DNA of 64,000 nucleotides. It comes from Gemmatimonadaceae bacterium (lineage in GTDB: Bacteria; Gemmatimonadota; Gemmatimonadetes; Gemmatimonadales; Gemmatimonadaceae). Each line of letters starts with the position of its first letter. Position 1 is the first letter of the stretch. The position numbers and the translations under genes are program-made. Shown in pieces: positions 1-10,444 of this stretch. The stretch is taken from the NCBI GenBank assembly GCA_045803545.1, contig JBJMOW010000005.1, forward strand, positions 192,001 to 256,000, written 5' to 3'. The notes under the pieces were generated by a model. That model saw only the letters and a program-made list of their open reading frames with translations, did not search any database and was not told where the DNA came from.

Positions 1-155
1 TTCTCTAAGGGCAGGTGCAGCAACTCCGAAGAGTTACGCAGCCAGGGCCAAGTTGTTGTTGGCGTTTGAAAATATTCCCAGAGGTTTTACCAGGATCCGA
101 GAGACCTGGGCACGCGGCCACAGCTTCACTAACCCCGTCGAAGCCAGTCGCCCCC
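1..155 (-). ncRNA. ssrA: tmRNA (5' portion; 3' part lies beyond the left window edge)
   Basis: Minus strand reads GGGGGCGACTGGCTTCGACGGGG (typical tmRNA 5' end) from 155; tag ORF at 63..34 GCC AAC AAC AAC TTG GCC CTG GCT GCG TAA = ANNNLALAA*. Confidence 0.95.
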
Positions 156-163
156 GTTCAACA

Positions 164-192
164 AGTATACAATTTTGAGGCGTCAAAGTCAA
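164..192 (-). promoter_or_regulatory. sigma70-type promoter of ssrA
   Basis: TTGACT (192-187) - 17 nt - TATACT (169-164) just upstream of the tmRNA 5' end. Confidence 0.75.
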
Positions 193-267
193 CGCATTCC
201 AACTTACCAATCTACTTCAGTGTGACTCCGTAACCAGTTGCCACCCGCAGCCTTACGAACTCTTCTT

Positions 268-1305
268 TTACGCCGCTTCTGGAGTGGCCAAGGCTGCGTC
301 GCCCTCGTCCGCACCAAGGCCAAGATCGTGACGGGTCGGGTTGGCCAAGTACTCGGCGAAGACGTCTTCGACCTCCGAGAGACTCAGCACAGCGTGGAGT
401 TTCCGACGCAGTTCCGCTGATCCTGGAACGCCTTTGACGTACCAGCCGAGGTGCTTTCGAAATTCGATCGCAGCGCCGCGGGGATCCGCTTCGTACGCTT
501 CGGCCATGCGCGCATGCTCCAGAGCGATCTCGAATCGGCGCTCGATCGGCGGAGGCTCCGGCTTCGCCTTCCCCTCCAGCAGCGCCCTGGTTTGATCGAA
601 AATCCATGGCTGACCGAAGGAGCCGCGCGCGATCATCACCGCCGCGCATCGCGTTTCGCGCTGCATGCGCACAGCATCTTCGGCGGTTTTGATGTCGCCG
701 TTGCCGATCACCGGAATCTCGAGCGCCCGTACTACCGCGGCGATCTCTTGCCACCGCGCGTTGCCGCTGTACATCTGGGTGCGGGTGCGCGGGTGCAGGG
801 CCAGTGCCTTGGCGCCGGCGTCCTGGCAGCGGAGCGCGATTGCGACCGGATCGCGCATCTCTTCGTTCCAGCCACTGCGGATTTTCACGGTGACCGGCAG
901 ATGCGTACCAGCTGACACGGACTTGATCACGGATTCGACGAGATTCAAATCCTTCAGGCATCCTGATCCGCCGTTTCGTTTGACGACTTTCTTGACCGGG
1001 CAGCCGAAGTTGATGTCGATGAATTCCGGGCGGAATACATCGGTCACCAGCCGCGCGGCCTCGCCCATTGCGATCGGATCAGCGCCAAAAATCTGGACAC
1101 CGATCGGTCGTTCGTCGCTCCCAAAGCGAAGCTTGTCGAGGGTCGCCTGATTCTCGCGGCGGATGCCCTCCGCCGAGAGAAATTCCGTAACGACTACATC
1201 GGCGCCAAAGCGGCGGCAGAGTCTCCTGAATGGAGACTCCGATACGCCTGCCATCGGGGCCAGGTAGAGTGGGATGTCGTCACGAACAGCGAATGGAAAA
1301 CGCAT
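268..1305 (-). CDS. dusB: tRNA-dihydrouridine synthase DusB
   Basis: LAPMAGVS, DINFGCP, TVKIRSGW, HPRT, IGNGDI, MIARG motifs. Confidence 0.93.
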   Translation of the reverse strand: MRFPFAVRDDIPLYLAPMAGVSESPFRRLCRRFGADVVVTEFLSAEGIRRENQATLDKLRFGSDERPIGVQIFGADPIAMGEAARLVTDVFRPEFIDINFGCPVKKVVKRNGGSGCLKDLNLVESVIKSVSAGTHLPVTVKIRSGWNEEMRDPVAIALRCQDAGAKALALHPRTRTQMYSGNARWQEIAAVVRALEIPVIGNGDIKTAEDAVRMQRETRCAAVMIARGSFGQPWIFDQTRALLEGKAKPEPPPIERRFEIALEHARMAEAYEADPRGAAIEFRKHLGWYVKGVPGSAELRRKLHAVLSLSEVEDVFAEYLANPTRHDLGLGADEGDAALATPEAA

Positions 1306-1350
1306 ACGTACAAGTTAAGCGAGACCGCCAAGTGCTTGCAACATAGTGGT

Positions 1351-1379
1351 TTGACTCTCGCATCCGTCGCGGGTAACTT
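1351..1379 (+). promoter_or_regulatory. sigma70-type promoter of the PTS IIA gene
   Basis: TTGACT - 17 nt - TAACTT upstream of 1416. Confidence 0.6.
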
Positions 1380-1415
1380 CCGTGCTCCTTTCGCACGACA
1401 TCTCGACGGGGAGTC

Positions 1416-1868
1416 ATGGAACTACGCGATTTTTTTTCTGAAGACGCGATCAAGCTCGAGCTCGAAGGCAACACCAAGGATGAAATACTCAAAGAGCTGA
1501 TCGATCTGCTGGGCCTCGACGACAAATCGGAAGGAATGCTGTTCAAGATGCTGAAGCGGCGGGAGAATCTGGGGTCGACGGGCATAGGGCGCGGGATCGC
1601 GATCCCCCACTGTCGCTCACTCGTGGTGTCCAAGCTGCGCGTGGCGTTCGGTCGAAAGAGTCAGGGCGTCGACTTCAAAGCCATCGACGAAAAGCCAGTC
1701 TTTTTCTTTTTTCTGATCGTCGCGCCGCCGCTCGAAGTCTCCAACCAATACCTGCCCGTACTCGGCAAAATCGCGCAATTCTCAAAGGAAGCCGACGTAC
1801 CGGAGCGGCTGTTGAAGCTGAAGGAGCCCAGAGAGTTTATGCAGCTGCTCGAGGAGAAATCGCTGTAG
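1416..1868 (+). CDS. PTS IIA component (PtsN/EIIA-Ntr or fructose-type IIA)
   Basis: RENLGSTGIGRGIAIPH motif with the phospho-acceptor His; GVDFKAIDEKPV. Confidence 0.9.
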   Translation: MELRDFFSEDAIKLELEGNTKDEILKELIDLLGLDDKSEGMLFKMLKRRENLGSTGIGRGIAIPHCRSLVVSKLRVAFGRKSQGVDFKAIDEKPVFFFFLIVAPPLEVSNQYLPVLGKIAQFSKEADVPERLLKLKEPREFMQLLEEKSL

Positions 1869-2095
1869 CTGCGGACTGAGGACTGAGGACTTCAAAAGCG
1901 AACTACCGCGCTATTAGCTGATAGCAGCTAGCTGATAGCTATTCGCCGCCTGCGACGGGACAGACCTCCGTCGCATTGCACCAACAACTTGCTTTTCCTC
2001 TGCATGGTCGCGATCTGTCTTGGCTGCAGGCAGCCATCAGCTAACAGCGTGCTGCTACCAGCTACCAGCGCGTTCAGTTGCTCTTGGAATCCGCT
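1869..2095. repeat. Palindromic intergenic element, family B copy 1
   Basis: Inverted arms of degenerate TAGCAGC/GCTGCTA-type heptamers; inner IR GACAGA(1959-1964)/TCTGTC(2014-2019); homologous to 32957-33184 and 37171-37364. Confidence 0.85.
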
Positions 2096-2099
2096 GCCA

Positions 2100-3644
2100 T
2101 TACTCCCATTCGATCGTGGCCGGCGGCTTTGACGACACGTCGTACACCACTCGATTGATCCCTTTCACCTGGTTACTGATGCGGGACGAGATCCGCGCGA
2201 GGACGTCGTGCGGAAATGGAAACCAGTCTGCGGTCATCCCATCAGTGCTGGTCACAGCGCGTAAGCCGAGTACGTGCTCGTAGGTCCGCTCATCGCCCAT
2301 CACACCGACGCTTCGCACCGGTAACAGAACCGAGAACGCCTGCCAGATGTCGTCGTAGAGACCGGCGTCGCGAATCTCCTCGATGTAAATGGCATCAGCG
2401 GCACGCAAGAGATCGAGCTTCTCTTTGGTGACGTCGCTCAGCACGCGAATGGCGAGGCCCGGCCCCGGAAATGGATGACGCCCGACCATTTCCTCCGGCA
2501 ATCCAAGCTCGCGTCCGACGTTCCGAACTTCGTCCTTGAACAGTTCTCGCAACGGCTCGATCAGCTTGAACTTCATGTCGGACTTGAGACCGCCGACGTT
2601 GTGATGCGTCTTGATTGTCACCGACGGGCCGCCACGCGGGGAGAATGACTCGATTACGTCAGGATAGAGAGTTCCCTGCACCAGGTATTCGACGTCGTCG
2701 CCAACATCAGCGGCTGCTTCCTCGAACACGTCGATGAAGGTGTGGCCGATGATCTTTCTCTTCTTCTCCGGATCTTCCACTCCGGCAAGCGCGGTCAGGA
2801 ACCGCTGCTCGGCGTCGATGGTGACGAGCTTGATACCGAGATGTGCGTTGAACGTCCGCTCCACCTGCCCTCGCTCGTGCAATCTGAGTAAGCCGGTGTC
2901 GACGAAAATGCAGGTGAGCTGATCTCCAATCGCGCGATGAACGAGCGCAGCCGCAACCGACGAATCGACGCCGCCCGACAAACCGCAGATGACGCGCGCC
3001 TTGCCAACTTTCTCGCGAACGCGTTTGACTTCATCATCGATGAACGTACCTGCCGTCCAGCTCGGCTCCGCTTTGCAAACGCCAAACACGAAGTTGGAGA
3101 TGATCTCGCGGCCGCGAGGAGTGTGTGCCACCTCAGGGTGGAATTGCACCCCGTAGATCGGTCGCTCCTCGTGACGGAATCCGCTGATCGGATTGTAGGT
3201 GCTTTCAGCAGTTACGATGTAGCCTTTGGGCGGCTGCTCGATGTGATCGCCATGACTCATCCACGTGGTGACAGACTCACCCTTCGAGAATCCGGCGAAG
3301 AGCGCCTCAGGCTCCAGCACTTTCATCTCTGCTCGTCCATATTCACGACGGTTGGTGCGAATGACTTCACCGCCCTCAATGTGCGCGATCAGCTGCATCC
3401 CATAGCAGATGCCAAGGACGGGCGCGATGTCGAAGATCCTGGGGTCGGCCAGAGGCACGTTGTCGCCGTACACGGAGTTAGGTCCGCCGCTCAGAATGAT
3501 GCCGGTAGGTTTCCAATCCCGAATCCACTCGACGCTTCGGCTGGGCGGGTGAATCTCGGAGTAAACGCGCGCTTCGCGCACACGGCGCGCGATCAGTTGC
3601 GTGAATTGTGAGCCGAAATCGATAATCAGGATCCGGCTGCTCAT
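2100..3644 (-). CDS. guaA: GMP synthase (glutamine-hydrolysing)
   Basis: [53 protein letters not shown]; start set at ATG 3644 overlapping the upstream stop (ATGA). Confidence 0.97.
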   Translation of the reverse strand: MSSRILIIDFGSQFTQLIARRVREARVYSEIHPPSRSVEWIRDWKPTGIILSGGPNSVYGDNVPLADPRIFDIAPVLGICYGMQLIAHIEGGEVIRTNRREYGRAEMKVLEPEALFAGFSKGESVTTWMSHGDHIEQPPKGYIVTAESTYNPISGFRHEERPIYGVQFHPEVAHTPRGREIISNFVFGVCKAEPSWTAGTFIDDEVKRVREKVGKARVICGLSGGVDSSVAAALVHRAIGDQLTCIFVDTGLLRLHERGQVERTFNAHLGIKLVTIDAEQRFLTALAGVEDPEKKRKIIGHTFIDVFEEAAADVGDDVEYLVQGTLYPDVIESFSPRGGPSVTIKTHHNVGGLKSDMKFKLIEPLRELFKDEVRNVGRELGLPEEMVGRHPFPGPGLAIRVLSDVTKEKLDLLRAADAIYIEEIRDAGLYDDIWQAFSVLLPVRSVGVMGDERTYEHVLGLRAVTSTDGMTADWFPFPHDVLARISSRISNQVKGINRVVYDVSSKPPATIEWE

Positions 3645-4129
3645 AGAGTGATGTTTTCTACCTCCCCGGTTTCGGTATCCAGAATTCCCGCCGTGCACTT
3701 GCCATGAATCCAGCCGCATGCTTCGCCCGGATTTATCAACAGCGTAGTTCCTACCTTCTTCTGCCCCTGCAGGTGTGAACAGCCGTGAATCACCACGTCA
3801 TGGGAGTCAATGGAACGCGCGTTGACCTCACCGAGATCGTGGACGAGCAGGATGCGCTTACCAGCGACTTCAAAGCTGTGCGGCGATTCATAGATCTCTG
3901 TTCCCATCCCGCGCGCGGCATATGCGCTCAACGTTTCGCGGTCGCCATCATTGCGTCCAAAAACGCCGAGCAGCGCCATCCCACGCTGATGGAACGGCGC
4001 GAGGGAAAACGGTGAACAGTAATCACCGGCGTGCATAACCATCGCGACGCCCTTCGCCGCGAAGCGGTCGAGGAAATCAGCGATCGCCGGTACCCGGTCG
4101 TGTGTGTCCGCCATTACGCCGATTTTCAC
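3641..4129 (-). CDS. YfcE-family metallophosphoesterase
   Basis: DTHD, HAGD, GRND, INPGE calcineurin-like motifs. Confidence 0.85.
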   Translation of the reverse strand: MKIGVMADTHDRVPAIADFLDRFAAKGVAMVMHAGDYCSPFSLAPFHQRGMALLGVFGRNDGDRETLSAYAARGMGTEIYESPHSFEVAGKRILLVHDLGEVNARSIDSHDVVIHGCSHLQGQKKVGTTLLINPGEACGWIHGKCTAGILDTETGEVENITL

Positions 4130-5457
4130 TCCACGCTCCTCCAGGAAGGCGCCGCTTCGTTACGCACCAGATCCTCGTACGATTCCCGACGGGTTACGAC
4201 CGCAAACTTGTCACCATCGACGAGGACTTCCGGCGGCTTGGGTCGGGAATTGTAATTCGAGGCCATCACGAATCCGTATGCTCCCGTCGATTGAACGACG
4301 AGGAGATCGCCCGGTTGTGCGTCATCGATCTGCCTGTCGAGCGCCAGAAAGTCTCCGCTCTCGCAAATCGGACCAACGACATCGGCGACGGTAGTACGCT
4401 CGTGAGGATGGACAGCCTCGATGCGGTGGAAAGCATTGTAGTGCGATGGTCGCAGCAGGTCGGTCATTCCCGCGTCGGTGATAATGAACTCTTTGCCACC
4501 ACTACGCTTTCTGTAGAGGACACGCGTGAGGAGTACACCAGCGTTGCCGACGAGAAATCGGCCGGGCTCGAGGATGATCTTGAGTCCGGACGCGCCGACC
4601 GTTGCTGAAATGACTTCACCGAACTGTTCGACATCAACCGCGCGCTCGGCGGCATCGTAAGTCACCGCCAGGCCCCCACCGATGTCGAGGTACTCCAGCT
4701 TAACGCTCGTCGCCTGCTCGATCTCGCGGCGGAGATGAAGCAGCCGCTGCAAGCCGACCTCATAAGGCGCGAACTGGGAGATCTGCGATCCGACGTGCAT
4801 GTCGAGTCCGACGAGGCGCAGATTCGGAAGGGTCGCTACGATCTTTGCGACTGCGAGCGCCTCATCGAATGGGATGCCGAACTTCATACCCTTTTCACCA
4901 GTCCGCGTGTAGGGATGGGGCGTCTCGACAAGCACTTCAGGATTCACCCGCAGAGCAATCCGCGCCTTGGTGCCCACGCGTGCGGCGACGGCGTCAAGCA
5001 CGTGAACTTCCTGCTCCGACTCGGCGTTGACGAAGAGCACGTCCGCGCGTAAAGCCTCTTCCATCTCGCGCCCAGTCTTGCCGACCCCGCTAAAGACAAT
5101 GTCCTTGCCGATAAAGCCAGCTTTGAGTGCGCGAAACAGCTCGCCCCCGGAGACGATGTCGACGCCGGCCCCCATCTCGCGCAGGAGCGACAGGATCGCA
5201 ATGCTCGAGTTCGCCTTCACACTGTAGTGGAGTCGAGCGTCCAGTGCGCCGAGTGACGAACGGAGCCGCGCATACTGATCTCTGATCGCAGCGGCGCTAT
5301 ACACGTAGGCGGGCGTGCCGACTTCCTGCGCGATCGCTTCGAGCGGAACTCTCTCGGAGCTCAGGCCCTCGGTCGAATCAATTCGTGTGTCGCTCTTTTT
5401 CTCTGTCGCGGTCCTTCTCTCCGGAATAGTTCGCTCGCCTAGTATGCCTTTGCCCAC
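4126..5457 (-). CDS. lysA: Diaminopimelate decarboxylase
   Basis: GTPAYVYS, YSVKAN (PLP Lys), HVGSQ, DIGGG, EPGR, GPICESGD, SNYNSRP; start set at GTG 5457 overlapping the end of proS. Confidence 0.95.
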   Translation of the reverse strand: MGKGILGERTIPERRTATEKKSDTRIDSTEGLSSERVPLEAIAQEVGTPAYVYSAAAIRDQYARLRSSLGALDARLHYSVKANSSIAILSLLREMGAGVDIVSGGELFRALKAGFIGKDIVFSGVGKTGREMEEALRADVLFVNAESEQEVHVLDAVAARVGTKARIALRVNPEVLVETPHPYTRTGEKGMKFGIPFDEALAVAKIVATLPNLRLVGLDMHVGSQISQFAPYEVGLQRLLHLRREIEQATSVKLEYLDIGGGLAVTYDAAERAVDVEQFGEVISATVGASGLKIILEPGRFLVGNAGVLLTRVLYRKRSGGKEFIITDAGMTDLLRPSHYNAFHRIEAVHPHERTTVADVVGPICESGDFLALDRQIDDAQPGDLLVVQSTGAYGFVMASNYNSRPKPPEVLVDGDKFAVVTRRESYEDLVRNEAAPSWRSVE

Positions 5458-6908
5458 AATGCCTCGGTGGTTGCTGCCCGTGCACATTTCAGGCAAGTCC
5501 TGGGAGCTTCGGCCGAGCGGAACTCTTCGTCTGGAAGAACGCGGATCGTCGCCTTCGTCTCTTCCTTTATTTGGGCCTCGCATTTGGCATCGCCGCACCA
5601 TCCGGCGTACACGAAGGCACCGTTGCCATCCATTACCTCACGGAACTTGTCGTAAGTGATGCCACCACGGATGCTGTTCTGCTCGCGACGCTCGCGCGCG
5701 TCGATCAGCATCGACTCCTGGATCTGATGCAGAAGTTCGGCTGAATCCTCGCCAATCGAGCTCAACGAAATCGGACGCTTTTCTCTTGTGTCGCGCCGGA
5801 CCATGATTGCCTGATTCTGGTCGAGATCGCGTGGGCCGAGCTCCATGCGCAGCGGCACTCCGCGCAGCTCCCACTCGTAGTATTTGGCGCCCGGCTTCAT
5901 GCCCTCGCGGTCGTCGACGTGGACGCGTAAACGGCCGGGCACGCGCCGTTCCCAACCGAGCAGACTTTCCTTGACGAGATGGGCCGCCGCTTTCACGCGT
6001 CCCTTATCCTCCTCAGAGCGCCAGATCGGGACGATCACGATCTCGATCGGAGCGAGCAAAGGAGGTGTGCGGAGGCCGTTGTCGTCGCCGTGGGTCATTA
6101 CGAGTCCGCCCACCATTCGTGTCGACACGCCCCAGCTGGTGTTCCACGCGTATTCCATCGAGCCGGCTTCGCTCTGAAATTTGAGCTCGAATGCCTTGGC
6201 GAAGTTTTGTCCGAGATTGTGCGAGGTTCCAGCCTGGAGCGCCTTGTTGTCCTGCATCATCCCTTCGCAGGAATACGTCCGCAGCGCACCGGCAAACCTT
6301 TCGGCGTCGGTTTTCTGGCCGGTGACGACAGGCATCGCCATCCAGCCTTCCATGAAGTCGCGATACACTCCGAGCATGCGCCGGGCTTCTTCCTCAGCCT
6401 CGTCGTGGGTTGCATGCGCGGTGTGCCCCTCCTGCCAGAGGAATTCGAGCGTGCGGAGGAATAGACGTGTCCGCATCTCCCAGCGCACCACGTTCGCCCA
6501 CTGATTGATCAGAATTGGCAGATCGCGATAGCTCTGTACCCACTTCGCGTACATCGCGTAGATGATCGTTTCCGAGGTTGGCCGGACGATGAGAGGCTCT
6601 TCCAGCTTCTTTCCACCACCGTGAGTCACCACAGCGGTTTCAGGCGCAAAGCCTTCGACATGCTCGGCCTCCTTGTGGAGAAAGCCTTCAGGGATGAACA
6701 GCGGGAAGTAAGCGTTCTGATGTCCGGTGTCCTTGAACATCATGTCCAGCTGCTGCTGCATCCGCTCCCAGATCCCGTAGCCGTTTGGCCTGATGACCAT
6801 GCAGCCACGGACTGGCGAGTAATCGGCGAGCTCGGCGCGAAGTACTACTTCGTTGTACCAGGCGCTGAAGTCGTCGGCCCGTTTAGTGAGTTTCTTTTCG
6901 TCAGCCAT
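5439..6908 (-). CDS. proS: Proline--tRNA ligase (archaeal/eukaryote-like type)
   Basis: DFSAWY, RPTSET, QWANVVRWE, FLRTLEFLWQEGHT, QAGTSHNLGQNF, C-terminal WAKAY. Confidence 0.97.
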   Translation of the reverse strand: MADEKKLTKRADDFSAWYNEVVLRAELADYSPVRGCMVIRPNGYGIWERMQQQLDMMFKDTGHQNAYFPLFIPEGFLHKEAEHVEGFAPETAVVTHGGGKKLEEPLIVRPTSETIIYAMYAKWVQSYRDLPILINQWANVVRWEMRTRLFLRTLEFLWQEGHTAHATHDEAEEEARRMLGVYRDFMEGWMAMPVVTGQKTDAERFAGALRTYSCEGMMQDNKALQAGTSHNLGQNFAKAFELKFQSEAGSMEYAWNTSWGVSTRMVGGLVMTHGDDNGLRTPPLLAPIEIVIVPIWRSEEDKGRVKAAAHLVKESLLGWERRVPGRLRVHVDDREGMKPGAKYYEWELRGVPLRMELGPRDLDQNQAIMVRRDTREKRPISLSSIGEDSAELLHQIQESMLIDARERREQNSIRGGITYDKFREVMDGNGAFVYAGWCGDAKCEAQIKEETKATIRVLPDEEFRSAEAPRTCLKCARAATTEALWAKAY

Positions 6909-6911
6909 GGA

Positions 6912-6960
6912 GCGGGAGGCGGGAGGCGAGAGGCGGGAAGCGCGAGGCGGGAGGCGGGAG
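6912..6960 (+). repeat. Tandem heptamer array (GCGGGAG)x7, degenerate
   Basis: gcgggag gcgggag gcgagag gcgggaa gcgcgag gcgggag gcgggag immediately upstream of the proS ATG. Confidence 0.9.
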
Positions 6961-6974
6961 GAGATCTGGATGCA

Positions 6975-8258
6975 TCATAGAGAGTTCAGAAACGTATCCA
7001 GTTTGAGATTCTGCTCGGAGCCATCTGCAAGTTTTTTGACAGTTACGTTGCCATTGGAGAAATCTTCGCGGCGTAACAAGACCACCGTTTCCACGCCCGC
7101 GCTTGAAGCGGCCTTGAGCTGCTTACCAAGCGCTTGAGCCTTCAGGGCGTATTCGACGCTGCGGGATTTTGCGCGAAGCTGGCCGGCGACTCTCATCACA
7201 TCGGGCAGCATCGAGTCGTCGTCCGCTGCGATCCAATACTCGGTGCCGAGCGCCGGGGTCGGCAGCAGATTTCGGGCACGAAGGAGCTCGGCGAGAACGA
7301 CGTCGCCCATCCCGAATCCAAGCGCGGGCAGATCGACGCCACCGATGCTGGACAACAGATCATCGTAACGACCGCCTCCGCAAATGGCGCGAAATTCACC
7401 CCTGGCGTCGAAGAGCTCGAATACAATGCCTGTATAGTAAGCGAGCCCGCGAACAATCGAGAGGTCAAAATCGATCCATTCGCCGACGCCGAGCGCGTCG
7501 ACAAAGTTCATGTACTCCCGGAGCCGCGTGATCGACTCCATCACCGAGCTCGAGTTTCTGAACTCCCCCGCAAGCGCGTTGAGATCGGTCGAATGTTTGA
7601 GAACGCTCTCGATTGCTCGGGCTGCATTCTTGTCTGCCACTGCTTTCGCGACTTTCTCATGTGTGACTTCGAGTGGCTCGCGCCCCAGCTTGTCGATCGC
7701 CGCAAAGACGGCAGGCATCTCATCAGGCTTGACGCCGACTTCTCCGAGGACGGCGGTCAGCAGACGGCGATCGGAAATGCGCGCGCGAACATCGCTCGCG
7801 GTCAAACCCGTCGCCCGCATGATCTCGATGGCGACCGCTAATAGTTCGGCGTCAGCAGCAACTGATGCTTCGCCGATGATGTCGACATTGAGCTGGAAGT
7901 GCTCGCGGAGTCTTCCCTTCTGCTGCCGCTCGTAACGAAAGAGCTGAGGGACCGAAAACCAGCGTATCGGCTTGCGCATCGCGTTCGCTTTCGCCGCTAC
8001 CATGCGCGCAAGCGTCGGAGTCATCTCGGGACGCAGCGCCACCTGGCGATCGCCCTTGTCGGTGAAGGCGTAGAGTTGTCCGACGATTTCGTCGCCGCTT
8101 TTCTTCGTGTATAGCTCGAGGGGCTCGAGAGGTGGTCCATCGTATTCGACGAATCCGTAGCGGCGCGCCACGTCACGCCAAACCGTAGTGAGATAGTTGC
8201 GCGTGGCGAGTTGTTCGGGATAGAAGTCGCGAAATCCTGGTAACGCCCCCTGTGCCAT
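6975..8258 (-). CDS. hisS: Histidine--tRNA ligase
   Basis: LRPEMT, FRYERQQKGRLREHFQ, RGLAYYTG, GGGRYD. Confidence 0.96.
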   Translation of the reverse strand: MAQGALPGFRDFYPEQLATRNYLTTVWRDVARRYGFVEYDGPPLEPLELYTKKSGDEIVGQLYAFTDKGDRQVALRPEMTPTLARMVAAKANAMRKPIRWFSVPQLFRYERQQKGRLREHFQLNVDIIGEASVAADAELLAVAIEIMRATGLTASDVRARISDRRLLTAVLGEVGVKPDEMPAVFAAIDKLGREPLEVTHEKVAKAVADKNAARAIESVLKHSTDLNALAGEFRNSSSVMESITRLREYMNFVDALGVGEWIDFDLSIVRGLAYYTGIVFELFDARGEFRAICGGGRYDDLLSSIGGVDLPALGFGMGDVVLAELLRARNLLPTPALGTEYWIAADDDSMLPDVMRVAGQLRAKSRSVEYALKAQALGKQLKAASSAGVETVVLLRREDFSNGNVTVKKLADGSEQNLKLDTFLNSL

Positions 8259-8267
8259 TGAGGAAAG

Positions 8268-9557
8268 CTACGCGGCCACCGGAGACACCTGCAAGCGCGA
8301 CATCACGTCACCAACAGTGTGAAAAGAGCCAGTCACGAGCAGCGTACCACATCGTCTTTGCGCGCGGACGAGCGCGGCGTCGAGATCAGGCTCAAGCTCG
8401 GCGACGATGCCGTGCGCCCTGGCGTAGGCGTGTGCATCGCTCGCGTTCCACCGACGCTCAGCGGGCGCGGACGGAGTGTTGGTGATCACCATCCTGTCAA
8501 TCACAGGTGCCAGAGCGTCTATGATCCCCTGCCAATCTTTGTCACCCAAAACCGCGAGAAGCGCGCACCGCGGATGAGGCGGATCGAGGGCGGCGATGTT
8601 GTCCGCGATCGTGCTCGCGCCGGCCGGATTGTGCGCGACGTCAAAGATGAATTTGTCGCGGCGCTGGAAGCGCCCGGGCAGGAAGACGCTTGCCAACGCG
8701 AGCGTGAGCTCCTCGAGCGCGGGGAGATAGCGATCGCCAATTGCTGCGACCGTAGCAATCGCAGTCGCTGTATTGCGCGCCTGATACTCGCCGATCAACG
8801 GTGTCGTAACGGCGACCTGTCGATCTCCCAGTCGCAGACGGAAGGACGTACCGAGAGCGGTGACCGCGACGTCATTCACGGAGTAGTCGCGATCCACAAC
8901 CGAAGTCGGTATTGCCTTGGCGTCGGCCGCGCAGCGACCGAGAAGATGGCGGATGTGCGGGTCTGACTCTCCGATGACTGCGGGAGTCTGAGCTTTGAAT
9001 ATTCCTGCCTTCTCGCGCGCGATCTCTTCGAGAGTCGAGCCGAGAAGATCGGTGTGATCGAGACCAATGGATGTGACGGTCGCGACTTTCGGCAGCAGGA
9101 CGTTGGTCGAGTCGAGGCGTCCGCCGAGTCCGGTTTCGATTACCGCGATGTCGACGTTCTGGCGGGCGAGCCAGTCAAACGCAAGCGCAGTAGTGACCTC
9201 GAAGAATGTCGCACCGAGCTCTTCGGCGGTCCCGATCCATCGCTCGAGGAACGCGAGCACGTCCGCTTCCGGGATTGGCTGACCGTCGACCGTAATCCGC
9301 TCGCGGAAGTCGATCAGGTGCGGTGATGTATAACGTCCCACCCGCAAGCCGCGCCAACGCAATAGCGCCTCGCAGGTCGCGACGACACTGCCCTTCCCAT
9401 TTGTGCCCGCGACGTGAATCGCGGCGAGCTTCGTGTGTGGGGAACCCAGCCGAGCGAGAAGCTCGTTGGTGCGCTCGAGTCCTGGTTTGATTCCGCCGGT
9501 GGTGCGAGCGAAGAGAGATTCAATCGCCTCGCCGTAAGTCGTCAGGAGGTCGTCCAC
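8268..9557 (-). CDS. folC: Folylpolyglutamate synthase/dihydrofolate synthase
   Basis: HVAGTNGKGS, YTSPHL, ETGLGGRLDSTN, DVAHNP, TGSF. Confidence 0.95.
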   Translation of the reverse strand: MDDLLTTYGEAIESLFARTTGGIKPGLERTNELLARLGSPHTKLAAIHVAGTNGKGSVVATCEALLRWRGLRVGRYTSPHLIDFRERITVDGQPIPEADVLAFLERWIGTAEELGATFFEVTTALAFDWLARQNVDIAVIETGLGGRLDSTNVLLPKVATVTSIGLDHTDLLGSTLEEIAREKAGIFKAQTPAVIGESDPHIRHLLGRCAADAKAIPTSVVDRDYSVNDVAVTALGTSFRLRLGDRQVAVTTPLIGEYQARNTATAIATVAAIGDRYLPALEELTLALASVFLPGRFQRRDKFIFDVAHNPAGASTIADNIAALDPPHPRCALLAVLGDKDWQGIIDALAPVIDRMVITNTPSAPAERRWNASDAHAYARAHGIVAELEPDLDAALVRAQRRCGTLLVTGSFHTVGDVMSRLQVSPVAA

Positions 9558-10405
9558 CCTGCCGATGCCGGCTTGCCAGTCATGTGTCGCAGCAATTGGC
9601 CGACTGTTCGCTTGAGCTCGCCACGCGCAACAACCGAATCGACAATGCCGTGCTCGAGCAGAAACTCGGCGGTCTGGAACCCTTCAGGCAATTCCTGGCC
9701 GATCGTCTGCTTGATCACGCGCGGGCCGGCGAATCCGATGACTGCTCCGGGCTCGGCGAGAATCGCATCACCGAGCATCGAGTAGCTCGCGCTCACTCCA
9801 CCAGTCGTCGGGTTGGTGAGAATTGAGACGTAAGGAATTCGCCGCTCGGCCAGCTGCGAAAGAATCGCCGCCGCTTTAGCCATTTGCATCAGCGACAGCA
9901 CTCCTTCCTGCATGCGGGCGCCGCCCGACGCACTGATCACGATCAGCGGATACTTGCGCTCGATCGCGAGCTGACCAAGTCGCGCCAACTTCTCGCCCAC
10001 CACCGATCCCATGGACCCGCCCATGAACGCGAAATCCATCACCGCGAGGCCAACGGGCATGCCGTCGAGCTGCCCAGTGAAGGTAAGGATCGCATCGCCT
10101 TCGCCGGCGTTGGTTGTCGACTTTTTCAACCGCGCTGGATACTCGGGAAAGCCGAGCGGATCGGCGGATCGTATCTCGATCTCAGTCTCTTCGATTGTTC
10201 CATCGTCGAGCAGTAGATTGGCGTACTCGGTCGCGCGAATGCGGCGGTGATGGCCGCACTGCATGCAGACGTTGAGATTCCGCACAAACTTCTCGCGCAA
10301 ATCGGTGTGCCCGCACTGGTCGCACTTTTCCCAGGCGTCAGGCGGGATCTCGAGCTTTTCGTGGCGGGGAAGCCGGGGCTTTTTCTCTTTGCGGAACCAG
10401 GCCAT
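9542..10405 (-). CDS. accD: Acetyl-CoA carboxylase carboxyltransferase beta subunit
   Basis: Zn finger CxxC...CxxC, FMGGSMGSVVGEK, SGGARMQEG, PTTGGVSAS, GFAGPRVI. Confidence 0.96.
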   Translation of the reverse strand: MAWFRKEKKPRLPRHEKLEIPPDAWEKCDQCGHTDLREKFVRNLNVCMQCGHHRRIRATEYANLLLDDGTIEETEIEIRSADPLGFPEYPARLKKSTTNAGEGDAILTFTGQLDGMPVGLAVMDFAFMGGSMGSVVGEKLARLGQLAIERKYPLIVISASGGARMQEGVLSLMQMAKAAAILSQLAERRIPYVSILTNPTTGGVSASYSMLGDAILAEPGAVIGFAGPRVIKQTIGQELPEGFQTAEFLLEHGIVDSVVARGELKRTVGQLLRHMTGKPASAGWTTS

Positions 10406-10444
10406 CGCTCAATCTACAAAGTCGACCCGCGCGCCAATAGTAGA

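Noticed and set aside
1..267. Prophage or island integration at tmRNA
   Set aside because: The 3' end of ssrA, the usual attachment site, is outside the window; no integrase is visible.
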